A stretch of 63,869 nucleotides of DNA, counting the filler, from Reticulomyxa filosa (Eukaryota; Protista; Foraminifera), in assembly GCA_000512085.1 (NCBI GenBank). It is 12 parts of 12 records of this genome, joined end to end, with 100 filler letters (N's around TTAATTAATTAA, not from the genome) between each part and the next. Parts side by side here need not be neighbours in the genome. Positions count along the whole stretch, not along the records: positions 38,286 to 43,715 come from ASPP01024198.1; positions 43,816 to 49,065 come from ASPP01025389.1; positions 49,166 to 51,617 come from ASPP01013953.1; 9 more parts are not named here. One strand, given 5' to 3'. The translations under genes and the position numbers were made by a program. This document shows positions 38,648 to 51,339 of the stretch, piece after piece; within the stretch, counting starts at the first letter, position 1; the number at the start of each line of letters is the position of its first letter. Below the pieces are notes generated by a model that was given only the letters and a program-made list of their open reading frames with translations, had not been told where the DNA came from and did no database searches.

Positions 38648-39305
38648 TGACATTACATTATGATAGTCAGTATAATCAAGAATATTAAACTTGTTTCGAC
38701 CTGCCATCAGGCTAGTCATTACTATCAGTACGTAGTGAAAAGTATATATGCTGGCACAATATGATATATACAGTAGTTTTCCTTTAGATCTAGTACTGCA
38801 CTCGATCGAATTGACACTAATATTGACTCAATATATATCTATGTCTTAATATAGTTTAAGTCATACTTGCTGTCAATATCACAGTGATTAGTGTTCAATG
38901 GTTAAACAGTAATTTCCAAGAACTTGTACCGTTCAACTGTCGCACCTATACCCAGATGACGCTATGCATGATGAACATATGTTCAGTCTACTATATCGCC
39001 AACAATAATTCATAGATATGTCCTACTATGATAGAATCCAGCATATTAAATAGTGATACTGCTATATTATCGCAAAGATCATTACTATATGACTTTAGCA
39101 GTCGTATAATCTGTCTAGTAGTTAATACATAGTCATATTAGTTATACTTCTTCACCGTCCAGCTGCAGGAGGACATTCCATAATAAGATTGTATCTGTCA
39201 TTAGTCAGTCTATATCACATTGTTGCTTCATTTCAAAAGTTAAGTACATATGATTGATATTACTTCATAATCAACAGTAAGCTATCCAAGTTTGTATAAT
39301 GTAGA
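38648..39305. repeat. Cryptic, highly degenerate hierarchical tandem repeat (unit ~TAGTCATAC/TATCATAC; higher-order periods ~24.5, ~73, ~220 bp)
   Basis: Homopolymer-depleted, no ORF of 60 aa or more in the supplied track; co-linear matches at lags ~218-228, 72-74, 144-149, ~290, 361-368 and 434; TAGTCA-like words recur about every 24.5 bp. Confidence 0.65.
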
Positions 39306-39319
39306 TATAAATAATTAAT

Positions 39320-40882
39320 TACCAATTTTTTACCTCCTGTCAAAACTGTTTTTCTCAATTCATATTCGTGAGTTTTTTCATAAAATCATGTCAACGTATT
39401 CATATAAATGCTCAAGATCAATGCAAAGGCCTCTTCACAAAACATACACAACGTCAATCATGACAACTGTTAATCAGTGATGTTTTTCAACTATATTTTC
39501 AATTGATGTGAACAACTCCAAAGTTGGATCAACATAGTATATTGTATGTAATTAACATATTTCCAAGTACAATCCAGGTCACTAATTCTGTAATGTGTCT
39601 TTTTGCACGTATCGTTATGCTTGCTCATTCGGCCAAAGCTGCAATAGCATCCTTCAAAAGAAGTAATCGATCAACACTAACTTATTTTAACAATTTGTCA
39701 ATGTCGTCTTGTTCTCGAAAGATTCATAATCTTTTTTCAACTTAATTTGCTTTCAACAAACTCATTGCGAGGGTCCAACACCTTTTCGAATATATCTTTT
39801 ATTGGATCAATGGCATTGTCCATGACTGCGCTCAAACTGTCAGCCACTTTGTTGAAGCATTATTACACTCCATTCCATGCGGTTTCTACAGTGGTTTAGA
39901 TCATTACTTACAATTTGTTTTCAGCGCTGTAAGCCATCTTCAATTTCACTAAATAAGGAATGAACTTTGAGAATGAGTGTATATTTTAAAAAATTCTTAC
40001 GTATTCTAAAAAAAAAACAGCGAAACTCTAGGTCGACTTCCCACACTTTGTTGTACACGCACCAAGCTGTTTGTCTTCATAATCTTTCGACGGCCACTAT
40101 ACACAACAAATCAACTTCGCTAGCGTCCAATCACAATCTTTGGTCATAACCAAAAGCATACTCCCAGTCAATAGAATTCTTCGAGCAAATGTTTTGCAAA
40201 GCAACAGTAAAGATTTCCAAACGTAAAGCAGCAGGGTCGATTATATGTTTTTTTTTAACAACGTATACAAAAAGTACTAAGATTTTTTTTTCGCACAATA
40301 ATACTGAACATTGCAGTTTGAAAAATTTAAGCCAGCCTTCATCCAAGTATTTTTGCATCGTTGAAAATCAGTTGTAATAAAACTCATAATCCTTCTTTCC
40401 AAACAATTTTTTCTGATGGAACAGTAGGGTGCCTGCTTTTGGGACACGTTTTTTAAGTCCACCATAAAAGTCTAACAACTGACTGTGTCTGTACGTGATA
40501 TTTGTAATAACAGAATCTTGTGGTTAATACCCCAAGTGGCAAAGTCGTAATAACGGTGACATGTTTTTTTCACATTTTTTTTAATCCATTTTTTTTTAAC
40601 CCCTTTTTTGTTACCAAAAACTTACCAATACGATCTGGCCAACGCACTCTTGTACGACAATAAAACAGCGTCGGCCAAGTATTTTACGTCGTTCAATTTG
40701 TCTTCCAATTTTTTTTCTTTGTTTTGTGGGTCTTCCTTACTTTCTGATTTCACTGATTTGGTAACGTCATCAATCACTCCTTGAATTTTGTTGTTCAAAA
40801 GTTCAGTTGTGTGCGCTAATGCGAACGTACCAACGAATTTGACAATATCTTTTGATGTCTCTTCGATTATTTCTTGTGCCAT
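39320..40882 (-). pseudogene. Decayed multi-exon gene for a helical protein
   Basis: Intact first exon MAQEIIEETSKD..; downstream coding-like text (TVETAWNGV**CFNKVADSLSAVMDNAIDPIKDIFEK, IDKLLK*VSVDRL..AE*) with in-frame stops and frameshifts. Confidence 0.65.
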
Positions 40883-41888
40883 TATCTCTTAATTTCTGCC
40901 ACAACTAGAAAATTTACAGTAAAACCTAAAAAAAGGAAGCAAAAAGAAGAATTTTTTAAAGGGATCTTATACTTTTGGGACGCTCAGCCACAACATGAAA
41001 AAAGCGATAAATTTTACATTTTGAGACCCAAAAAAGGGATGTTTTAAGAAGCAATCGAAATCAAAATAAATTCATAAAAAGCACTTTATCACAAATTTAG
41101 AATATGTTTTATCAAACTCATTTTTCAATTTTGTTGATCAAATTACTTAATAAAGATAAAAAATTAGGATGTGTAAGAGCTCAGAAAAGCAATATTTTCA
41201 AGAATTTACAATGAAATTGAATAAATCAAGAGAAAGAGGCGATATTTTGTTCGAAATAGTTTGACCTATTTTTAATAACGTGTAATTATCTGGTTTAGCA
41301 ATTTTACTAGATTGCCCAAGGCACATTCTTTTTTTGTTTCACAAATACTGAATTCAAGCTTTGTGTTGTTAAAAAAGAACAAATTTTCAAAGGAAAACGT
41401 GAAAAAAAAGTTTAATTAATTAACGAGCAAAAAATTTGTTTTACAAAAACAAAAAGGAGTAACCAAACAAATGAATAATAATTTTTTGAGTTGATTAAAA
41501 AAAAGGGAAGCAACAATGCAGTTGGCCGAAGAAAAAGAATAAGCATTTGAATTGTACCACCAAGTGTTGCAATTTATGATAGAAGCATTGCGTTCAATCT
41601 TTTTTTAAACGGTTTTAAAAAGCTAAACGTAATCTTTTTTTAGCTTGAATGTACTGATGCAATAAAGAGATTGCAAGGTCATAGAAAGATTCATAAACTA
41701 ACGAATGTATGATGTTATTTGTTTTTTTTACAAAACAAACATTAAGTCCTTCACAAAAAGGTTTCGACTAATTGTTTGAAACCAAGAACTAGGATTAAAA
41801 TTGACGTGAAGTGGAAAATCAATGCAGAATCGTACATTCCTAATTGCTAAGTAGATGGATCGTCTTGAAGTGTTTTTTTTTGGTGTAA

Positions 41889-43665
41889 TTATGTTGTAGT
41901 TTTTGTCTTATGTTTACACAACGGGCATGTCGTTTCCTTGTGTTTCGACGCTTGTGAACGAAACCATGTATCCACGCAGTTCAGATGAAATTGATGTACT
42001 GTTTGGCCAGCAAATTATCAATAAATGTTTGTGCTGCTTATAACATCACATATAATATATGTGTATATATGTATAAAATATAAGTTTAACAGCAAGGTAA
42101 ATATTTTAAATCGTCGCCGACACGATATTGTTGCAAACAAATATCGCAATTTGATCTATATTCGAATGGAGAGTGTAAATTGTATTTTAACGCGTTGTAA
42201 TAGGAGAATGATGTATATTGTACAGAGCATATACATTCGAGTCGGGCGCTTAACTTATCTTCGGGCAGCTTGGTAACGTCAGCACTGGTTAAGTGTTTGG
42301 TAGGTAGATGTTTCCAGTCATTGTTATCATGCAAATGTTCAGAGTGATCATCTCCCTCTATCACAAGTGACCGACTCGCCTGGAATACATTTGTAGCAGA
42401 ATAATGAGCGGGTATATTACGCCAAGTATATTCGAGTGTTGAGTTTCGCACAGTTCGTTCAACCGGACTTGAATCGTTATCTGTGTCTCGACGATGATAA
42501 TAATAAGACATGCCCTCGTTGGCTTCTCCAGTGTCGCTATTGTTCCCAACATTACTCAAGGCATTGACAATGCTGCTATTTCCTCCTTCGTCTCCACTTT
42601 CACGACGGGAATGAAGCGCCTTTATTATCGCCTGTCTTTTCCTTTCCTTATCTTGGTTAGTGCCAGCTACAAGCGAACGTCGCACCCAATCGGTCTCTCT
42701 TTGCTCCATTTGATTGGCCAAATGTGCGTCTTCATATTCGGCTTTTTTACGTTCTTCTTCAAACAAGGCCCTGGCCATAAGTTCGTCCCTTTGGATTTGG
42801 TCAATCGTGGATTTGGTTTCATTGTCCAAAGAGGACATCGACATCGACGTCATCGACGTCATCATCGTCCTCGTTAAGTTCGCCTTAGGCGTTTGGGCAC
42901 GTGCTTGACCCCCTCCAAAGTGGTTATGCTGTCGCTGCAATGCACGTTCGGCGCACTTGGCACAAAGTCGGATCGTGCCTCGATGATTGCTTTGGTTACA
43001 TACAAACACTCGTTCATTACTTTCCAAAGCAGCGCCACAGCCATCTCCATGACAACGAATCGGTAGCGCACTGCCCCCACCATTGCCAAAGAATAGTAGC
43101 ATTGTCATGTTACTGCCACAGCCGTTATGTGGACACGCTACTGTCTTTTTTTTTTGTTTCGATTTGCCTCGATATGACTACTGTTTAGAACACTGCTCTT
43201 AGTATTTATTGTGATATTAGCATTCGTATTTGCATTGTTGTTATTATTATTATTATTATTGTTATTGTTATTATTATTATTATTATTATTATTGCTATTA
43301 TTGTCAGTATTGACATTGTCTGCAATGTCTTTGTGTTCCTCTTTCTTTTCCTCATTTCGTGCATTGTCGGAACGAGTCTTGCGTGAATTGGAGGGTTTGG
43401 GCGGTGGGGGGAGGTTAAACACATTACAATTTGAGCTATTGTCTTTTCCGAATTTACGGCCGTCGCCCAACTCCGCACGTATCCTGCTGCTTGAAGTTGT
43501 CAATGCACGGCTACGCACACCACTCGGTGGCGGAAGAGGAAAGTGTACATGTTGGAGCACTGACGGCTTCACCGATGTCTTTGCAACCAAAGATCGGTTG
43601 TTATTGTTATCGTCGTTGTTTATGACTTCGATCATATCCCACTCTAGTTCTTGTTTAGACTTCAT
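41889..43665 (-). CDS. RING-H2 E3 ubiquitin ligase with low-complexity N-terminus and a Cys/His zinc-binding motif
   Basis: CDICLQQYRVGDDLKYLPC|.HQFHLNCVDTWF...TTCPLCK; upstream CHGDGC...VCNQSNH..LCAKC; poly-Asn tract; TAA at 41889-41891. Confidence 0.85.
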
Positions 43666-43679
43666 TGATGCTTTTTTCC

Positions 43680-43715
<36 letters not shown>

Positions 43716-43897
43716 NNNNNNNNNNNNNNNNNNNNNNNNNNNNNNNNNNNNNNNNNNNNTTAATTAATTAANNNNNNNNNNNNNNNNNNNNNNNNNNNNN
43801 NNNNNNNNNNNNNNNTGCAAGTGTAAATTATTTACAGCCTTGCAAAATTTTAAAAAATCTTTTGAAAGAATGATATTTTTCTCCAACATAAAAAAAA

Positions 43898-44027
43898 GTT
43901 ATTAAAAAATCAATATCATATTTAAAAACTACAAGACTTGTAGAATTTTTTTTAAAAAAAATTAGCTTTAAATGTTTGTTTCATTAGAAAATCTATCATC
44001 TTCATAAGGTGGCATTTTAGGTGTTCC
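43898..44027. repeat. Dispersed AT-rich repeat, copy 2
   Basis: Co-linear similarity to 38335-38470. Confidence 0.7.
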
Positions 44028-44059
44028 GTTTTTTTTGCAACATACTGTATATAAAAATA

Positions 44060-45162
44060 ATGTAAAAAATGCTAACGGTGTATCGGACAAACTTTTAGCA
44101 GCGGACATGACTTTGAATGATTTGATGGAATATCATGAAAAAGAAATTGAGTTTTGTTTTGTTTGTTTTTTTTTTTAAATTTCAATAAAAAAAAAAGAGA
44201 ACTTTGTCAAGAAGCAGATATAAGTATACTAAGCAAAATTTCGTTTTGTAACGCATTAAGAAAAACAAGTTGAATTCGATGTCATATTGACTCAATAACG
44301 AAAGATCAATGTCAACAGTGGTATTGCTACAAAATGAAAAGTTTCAATTGGACAGAATATTCGAAGAATATAAAAAATTCAAGAGAATATGAAAAAGATT
44401 ATCAATTGAAGAAAAAGCTGTACATGAAAAAAAAAGTGAATAAAATATTTGATGAAATTATTTTAAAAATAACACAACATAAAGAAAAGATCTTAAATGA
44501 ACTAAATTTATTTACTTATCAAAAACTGAAAGAAGTTGATGGAATGATAGAAAAGTTAGCACAACAAGGATTGCGGAATTTTAAATTCAACCTAGATCTA
44601 CGGATACATGTATTGATACAAATGAAAGAAAAAACCGAATATTAGATTTGATCCAAGAAATATACTATCATTTGAGTCAGGACAATTCGACAGCTACTGT
44701 GGTTCAATCTGATTTTAATGTTGGGCTAAATTATGATTTAGCGTTTCAAGTTAATATGTTGTTTTTTTGAAAAATAAATACAATAAAAGTTATTTTTGAA
44801 TAGGCACTTTGTGAAAATATTCGATTGAATATTGCACCAGAAATTCGACATGAATTAAATGAGCCTCGACAAGACAACGAATCTCAAGTGCGAATCGAAA
44901 ATCAAAATCGTCAAAGTTATCAGGACAGCATACCAAGTGAAAATCAAAATTCATACAAAGAAAAAATGAATTACAAGTTGCAATGGCAAATCGCAGTTAA
45001 ATAAAAAAAAATCTAAAAATTATTTTTAATAAACAATTAAAATTTAAAAAAACATAAAAAGTGAAAGAAATCTTCAAGAAGACCTTCAAATGTGATGATT
45101 GTGGCCATAATTTATCTTCAAAACAAAACTTAACAAAACACAGACAAATACACTCTGGTTAA
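44060..45162 (+). pseudogene. Coiled-coil protein with terminal C2H2 zinc finger, probably disrupted
   Basis: Last exon FKCDDCGHNLSSKQNLTKHRQIHSG*; ATG-TAA at 44060; frame break near 44640. Confidence 0.5.
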
Positions 45163-46289
45163 TTGCTGTGTTTTGCTTTTGGTGATATGGCTGACAAAAG
45201 ATCAAATAATACACAATATACGTTTGTGCTTATTGCAATAAATGTTACAGACAAAAAAAAGATCAATAAGAATAAGACTAAAGTATTATTTAATTTTTTT
45301 TCCGCTTGCTTCAAGTATACAACCAACTCACCGCTGTCACAGGTCAATTAGTAAGAACTATTAGTTATTTTTGTGTTGTTTGTTTCTGTAGTGGCCTATC
45401 AAAAATGACAAAAAAACTTACTAATTATATTTTGTACCTAATGAACACATAAATCAGGTACATTAATATTTATCTATGATCAAAAAAAAAAGGTGCTTTT
45501 TGTGGCAAAAAAAAAGTGTAATTGTACCACATCACCGCTTTGTCGTGCTAGACCGACACATAGCAGCCAAGTCGAGTTCTTGATTGTGACGTATAGCAGT
45601 TGCTGTTGGTATCATTCTCGAAATAAGTGTATCCACTTGTCATATTCATTCCACACACGAGAAATCCTCCGAAAAGACCATCAAAGAAAAACGGCAAGAT
45701 CCGATAGCGACAGATCAAATAAAATGTCTTGCTGCCCATTTTCTCCGATGATTATATCGGATCAAAGTCTTTGCTCTCGTAGTATTGCAGACATCGAGCG
45801 TCCACAGGCAAGCAGTTGAAGCACATAGTTCCTGGTGACTGTTTACCGCGATCTATATAATCCCCTTTTTTTTATACATTGGAGTTATCTAAAAAAAAAA
45901 GAAAAAGGGAAGATGGCCGTGCCTAGACCAAGGCCTGTTCCTACGCCATTCCGCGCAGTTGTATTTCCACTCGTTAGTCCTGTGCCATTCATTTAAAATT
46001 CCTCCTTGTGAGATCACAACTACCCATTTGATGACAACTTCAATAGTTCAAACCTAATTTTTTTTTTGAATGGTCTTCAACCCAAAGCGTCGCTTTTTAC
46101 AAAGACAAACGAAACACACATTAAATAGCATCATTATCATACTTGACACAGTGTAATTAGTTATACTATAATTCAAAAGCAATTACCGTAATAAGTCAAT
46201 TGAAAAATTTCAATAAACAAAAAAAGAACAAAGGCATAGGGTTTTCTAATAAAAAAAGTCACAAGCTGAACGGACGACAAAAAAATGTA

Positions 46290-48141
46290 CAAAACATTTC
46301 CTGGCACAGAGAGGCCCGCCTATGTAAAACTACAAGATTTTGGCAAATTTTGACATTGATATTGTCAATATTGTTTTGTGGATTTACCATATTCGTGATC
46401 GTTTGGACAGTAACAGAAAACGATATCAGTTCAAGTAGCTACGACACATGCTATTCCTTGGCACGCATGAAACTGTCAAGTTCATTGTTGACCTCGATTG
46501 ATCAGTTGGGTTGCAAACTACAGCAAAAAAAAAAGAAAAATGGATAAGAATGAAAGTGGCATATTTTTATGTTGACACATATGTATACATAACCACGAAG
46601 CACAATACATAACAATGATACGATAAAGAGGAGTTGATCCATGTGAAGATTTTTCCAATATGCGTGTGGATGTTGGATTTCAGAATTTGAATGACAATTG
46701 ATAGAACAACATGCAATACTAAATAATTATTAAAAGCATTTACCCACAACACAAATTACTGACATATGTAATATATACAAATATATATATATATTTTTTT
46801 AATATTTGAGTCACAAAATGCTGATAATCTGATCAAGAAAAAAAGTGAAATTTGTGTTAGTGGTCTTTATTCTTGGAATGATGGCGGTGAAACAAAGATG
46901 TTTTTAGATTCGATCCTGTATAGCAGAAGCATATGGATGCTAAAGATTGAAATCATCGACGTTTTTCCAAGCTTGTTACGATTCGCAAAGCAGCGAAGAA
47001 GAGTTGGAGGGTTCTACGTTGATGAAGGAATTCATAGCGACAGTAAACTTTACGAATCGCGACGACACCCAGAAATGGGACAAGGACTCAGCATTGAAAT
47101 TCCAAAGGCGTTGGGCACACATACATATTCTACTTGTTCCTGCATCCACGCTAATGCACATATACGTATACATATGCATATACTATGGATGTAATACCCT
47201 CGGATTGGGTCGGGACGCGGAACAAAACAAAAATGGACGTATAATACGAACGAGTGAGCAATATGTAATTAATTATGGTGTAAAATCGTTGATTGGCAAT
47301 GCAGAATGGATAGTTATTCTCGTCAAAACTGTGACGACAAATTGGCTTAATTGGCAAAATACATTGGATTTTCCGAACCCATTCAAAATGCTACTATCGT
47401 GAGTTAGTATTATCAGGATATCGATATTGTTGCAGGCAATTATTTGGAAAACTTGGGAAACACGTTGGATTTCGACGCTTTACAACAGAAACTTTTTTTT
47501 TCTAGAAGAGATGTCAACATGACGGGCCCTTGGCCAACCAATTTTAGTGATCCAACCCAATTTCCATATTGGTTTGATCAATACGTGCATCTTTGTCTTT
47601 TTTTTAATTGTATATAAAAGAGTCAAATTTTGATAAATAAAATAAAATAAAATAAAAAAGATTGACAGGCATTAATGCATTTTATTCGCCTCAAGGAAAC
47701 TTCTTTACAATCCCGGTGACAATAACACAAACTCCATTTTATTCATATGATCATCCCTCTTCGATCAACTTCGGGGGCATTGGCGGGGTTATCGGCCACG
47801 AAATATCCCACGGCTTCGATCAACAAGGATCCATTTGCAGCGCGAATGGCAGCTATGATCCTTCCAGCATTTAGAGCAACTCCACACGCCAAGAGTATTT
47901 GTCTCGCGTACAATGCATCATCAATCAATACAATAATTTTGAAGTGGAGCCAGTCGTGTATGTCAACGGCACACGCACGCAAACAGAAAATGTTGCAGAT
48001 CTCTGCCAGTTATTTGGCATTGCAGCAATGGCGCAAATCCATGTCGATGTAAAGCTGCCCAGAGTTGACTTGACTGATGAGCAATTATTTTTTATTGCAG
48101 ATTCTTTAATGAATCCTACCAACAAATGTGATTTGTTGTAG
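46290..48141 (+). pseudogene. M13 (neprilysin/ECE) metallopeptidase pseudogene
   Basis: N-terminal TM anchor; INAFY, NFGGIGGVIGHEISHGFD (HEXXH), ENVAD, EQLFFI; in-frame TAG at 47872-47874, other stops and large deletions. Confidence 0.85.
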
Positions 48142-48609
48142 GGCAATCTCCATCAATATTTTTTTTCTTGTTTATTCAATTTGTTATTAAATATGACATT
48201 TGAAACGTCGATTGTTTTGTTTTGTTGTCTTGTTTTAAATGTTTTTTTGATTTTTTCCTTGAAGACGATCCATGTATAATTACAAACATTTCTCAACATT
48301 TTTTTGCAATTTATGTATTGTCCATCGAAAATGTAGTATTTCGTTTTGATCTTCTTTGCCATCTTAAAGTATCTTTAATTGTACTTTTTTATTTTGCACT
48401 AAAGACACAATTCTATGACAGTTTACAAGTAATTCAAAATAGAGGTAATGTTCATTTGAAAGGAGAAAAATTTTGATTTTGAAAGGAAGTAGGTCATTGC
48501 TGTAAAACCCTAGTGAGAGGCAGGAAAAGTTTAGTTTAGCTTTCTCTGGGGGCATTTTTGATAATTAAGTCAGACCAAAAGAAAACAAAAAAATTCCAGA
48601 AAATATAAT

Positions 48610-48835
48610 CCCTTTGAAGGAATGGACGCTAACAATAATGAAATCCAAAAATAAACTTGGTGTGATTGGTGGAAATTGATATACAATTTGTTCTGGATCA
48701 TGTAATGATACCATTCAAATACGGGATATCGAAACAACCAAACAATTCATTATATTCAAAGGACATGAAGATTGTATGTGTATCGTAAAATATGGATCAA
48801 ATAAATTATGAAATATTAGTTGTGCAAATATAATA
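48610..48835 (+). pseudogene. WD40 family relic
   Basis: LGVIGGN*YTICSGSCNDTIQIRDIETTKQFIIFKGHED..VKYGSN with a stop codon. Confidence 0.75.
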
Positions 48836-49164
48836 CAGTTGCGACAAAAAAAAAATTAAACAACACTAAAATATGAACTTTTTGTGTTTCTAACGAAAAT
48901 TTGAGTAGCAAATTGTGATTATTTTTTCTGGTTTACTGGATATACGTTTACACTTTTATAAGTAGTTTGTAAAAACAATAAACAAAATTTAGAAAAGTTG
49001 TTGAAAAATGATTGGAAGGTAGTAGTTTTCATGTTGGACTTGCTTTAGTTGCGGTCACAATTTTCNNNNNNNNNNNNNNNNNNNNNNNNNNNNNNNNNNN
49101 NNNNNNNNNTTAATTAATTAANNNNNNNNNNNNNNNNNNNNNNNNNNNNNNNNNNNNNNNNNNN

Positions 49165-50566
49165 NGCAAAAAAAAAAAAAAAAAAAAAAAAACTTCAATT
49201 TTTCAGAGGACTCGCAACAAATGATGTTTGGAAAATCGCTAATGCTCAATTGAAACTATGAGCACAAAAAAACATATGCATATGCGCATATGTACATGTA
49301 TATTGTGTACAGCTAAGGGACAACACAAACCAACTTTTTGACTGTTAAATGATAAATTGACTCCTCGCTCGATCAGACGATCTCGAATGTGGGCAGACAA
49401 AATGTCAATGGCGCAAGTATTTGATTTCCCGCGAGGTATGATAATATCTGCTTTTCTTTGCGTCTGTGTCATTTTTGCAAACACGCACATTCGAAAGTGT
49501 GTTTCGTGTTCCACTTTCCTAGCCTTTTTTTTTTTCCCCCCCCCCTCCCCTCATCCTCCTCACCCTATCCTTTCTTTCCCTTTTTTTCCTACTTTTGCAA
49601 TTGCTGATCACAAAACTGGGCCACAGAACATTTCATAAGAAGGCTTGACAGTTTTTTGGTATTGACTAAGCACCGATTCCAAACTTCTGGCGCGTTCTTT
49701 CATGTCACGTTTGACTTTTTTTTTTTTTTAAGAAGGGGCACAAAGTGATAGAAAGGGACCAAAAAACAAAAAAATTAAATATACATATACGTATATATAT
49801 GCATATACATATATGTAAAATAAGAACTTCTTCGGATTAATCGAATATCATCATCTTCAGTAACGAATAACTTCAAGTCCAACAAGTTGACGACTTGATC
49901 ATTATGTAAGGTCAGAATTCCTTCAAACATGACCACGTCTGCTCCGTACATTACCGTGCTTTCTTTGCAGCGTGAGTGGGTGGTGAAATCGTACTGAGGA
50001 ATTTGTGCTGCCAAGCCCCTTTTTATATCATTTATTGTTTGGGTTATCAACTTCCAGTCAAATGCATCTATTTTTTTGAAATTTAATTTTTTTTTTTTTT
50101 AAGCTCATTCTTTTGCATGTTTTTTTTTTTAAAAAATTAAAAAAAAAACACCTGGATGATCGAAGTTATACTCTGATACTGTTTGCTTTTGCTCTATAGT
50201 CAGATCTTTATAAAAACTATCCATTGACAATATTTGCACCCATGGGGTCTTTAAACGTGCCATTACTTCACGACACACACTCGTTTTTCCACTTGCTGTC
50301 CCCCCTGCCACTCCTACTATATATGTCGTTTTCGATCGATTGTACCAAGGCCCTCGTCCTCCCGGCAATCGATTTTCATTCATGTCTACTATCTCATTGT
50401 CTCCCTTTTCATTACTCTCGTCCTCTGGGTAATACGTTTTCATGTGTAACTGTTTTATTTTTATTTTAATGTCTTTTTTCTTTCTTTGGTCTGTCATTTC
50501 ATTTTGCACTGTAAACAAAACCTGGAAAGGCTTTCGTGTCTGGTTGTCCGAGTTAGCTGACGACAT
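49165..50566 (-). CDS. Uridine-cytidine kinase (UCKL1/URK1-type), 5' part; likely continues into a UPRT-like domain beyond the contig end
   Basis: GRGPWYN, IVGVAGGTASGKTSV, LSMDSFYK, YNFDHP|DAFDW, PQYDFTTHSR, FEGIL, RLIRR, VKPSYE, ADIIIPRG. Exact start uncertain (50566 or 50443). Confidence 0.9.
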
Positions 50567-51033
50567 ATAGCACGAGAATTCTTTCAATTGAACAAGCTTC
50601 AAAGATGTTAACCTTTTATATTAAGGAGAATTTGATTTGAATTTTGTAGCAGACTCGCCACCAGATATTCGACAAAGCCTCTAAAATTTTACCCACAGAG
50701 CGCTTCTTTTGTAAAAAAAGTTGACACTATTTAAACTCTTTGCTACCTACACAATTTTCAAAATGGCAACAATATTTTCCAATTGTATTACATTAAGAGT
50801 TTTCCTACTTTTTTGGAATGGCTTTTTTCTCTTAAATTGTATATCCTTTCTCTAAACAATGCCAAATTAATTTAATTGAATGAAAAGTCAATTGAGATTT
50901 TCTAGGTGATAATACATTTTACAAGTACCCTAAAAATTGTATAATATACATGTTCCTCTTAACTTGCTGTTATCACTTATAATTCCTCGGAAAAGGTGCT
51001 TACACTTTGACTAATTTTTAAAAACTTCGACTA

Positions 51034-51339
51034 ATGCCAAGCCGAAACAAAAGACAAAAAAAGAAAATTGATGATAGCTCCTCTGTGAGCGTTTTAGATA
51101 AAAAAGCAAAAGAGTTAATTGAAATTTTAGAAATGCACGACAAGTTTGTGCCGTCTCCTCCAACAGTAAGTGATATCGAAAAACGACAACGGTCCATAGA
51201 ACAATCCACATTTAGAGCAAATAGCACTGGGAACACCAAGAGCAATAAAAGGCACATAAAAAGGCAACACGCTGCGCTTTTAAGTGCTTGGATTGCAGAG
51301 CTGCAGAGTGCTGTGGATCAACTAGCTTTGAAAGACTGA
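51034..51339 (+). CDS. Small basic hypothetical protein (101 aa)
   Basis: Single ORF with ATG and coding-like composition in an AT-rich context; no recognisable motif. Confidence 0.45.
   Translation: MPSRNKRQKKKIDDSSSVSVLDKKAKELIEILEMHDKFVPSPPTVSDIEKRQRSIEQSTFRANSTGNTKSNKRHIKRQHAALLSAWIAELQSAVDQLALKD

Noticed and set aside
38696-39164. Mirror pair tcgacctgcca/accgtccagct and complement-only matches (tcagtataatcaa vs agtcatattagtt)
   Set aside because: Isolated, no consistent geometry, and plausible by chance in a low-complexity degenerate array.
38648-39305. CRISPR-like or guide-array reading, or a hidden/recoded ORF, in the anomalous block
   Set aside because: No constant repeat with unique spacers, no convincing long match elsewhere in the window by eye, and all three stop codon types occur frequently in the frames I translated.
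39400-39900. Ciliate-type TAA=Gln code
   Set aside because: The region also has TGA stops and frameshifts, and the RING gene on the same contig ends in TAA.
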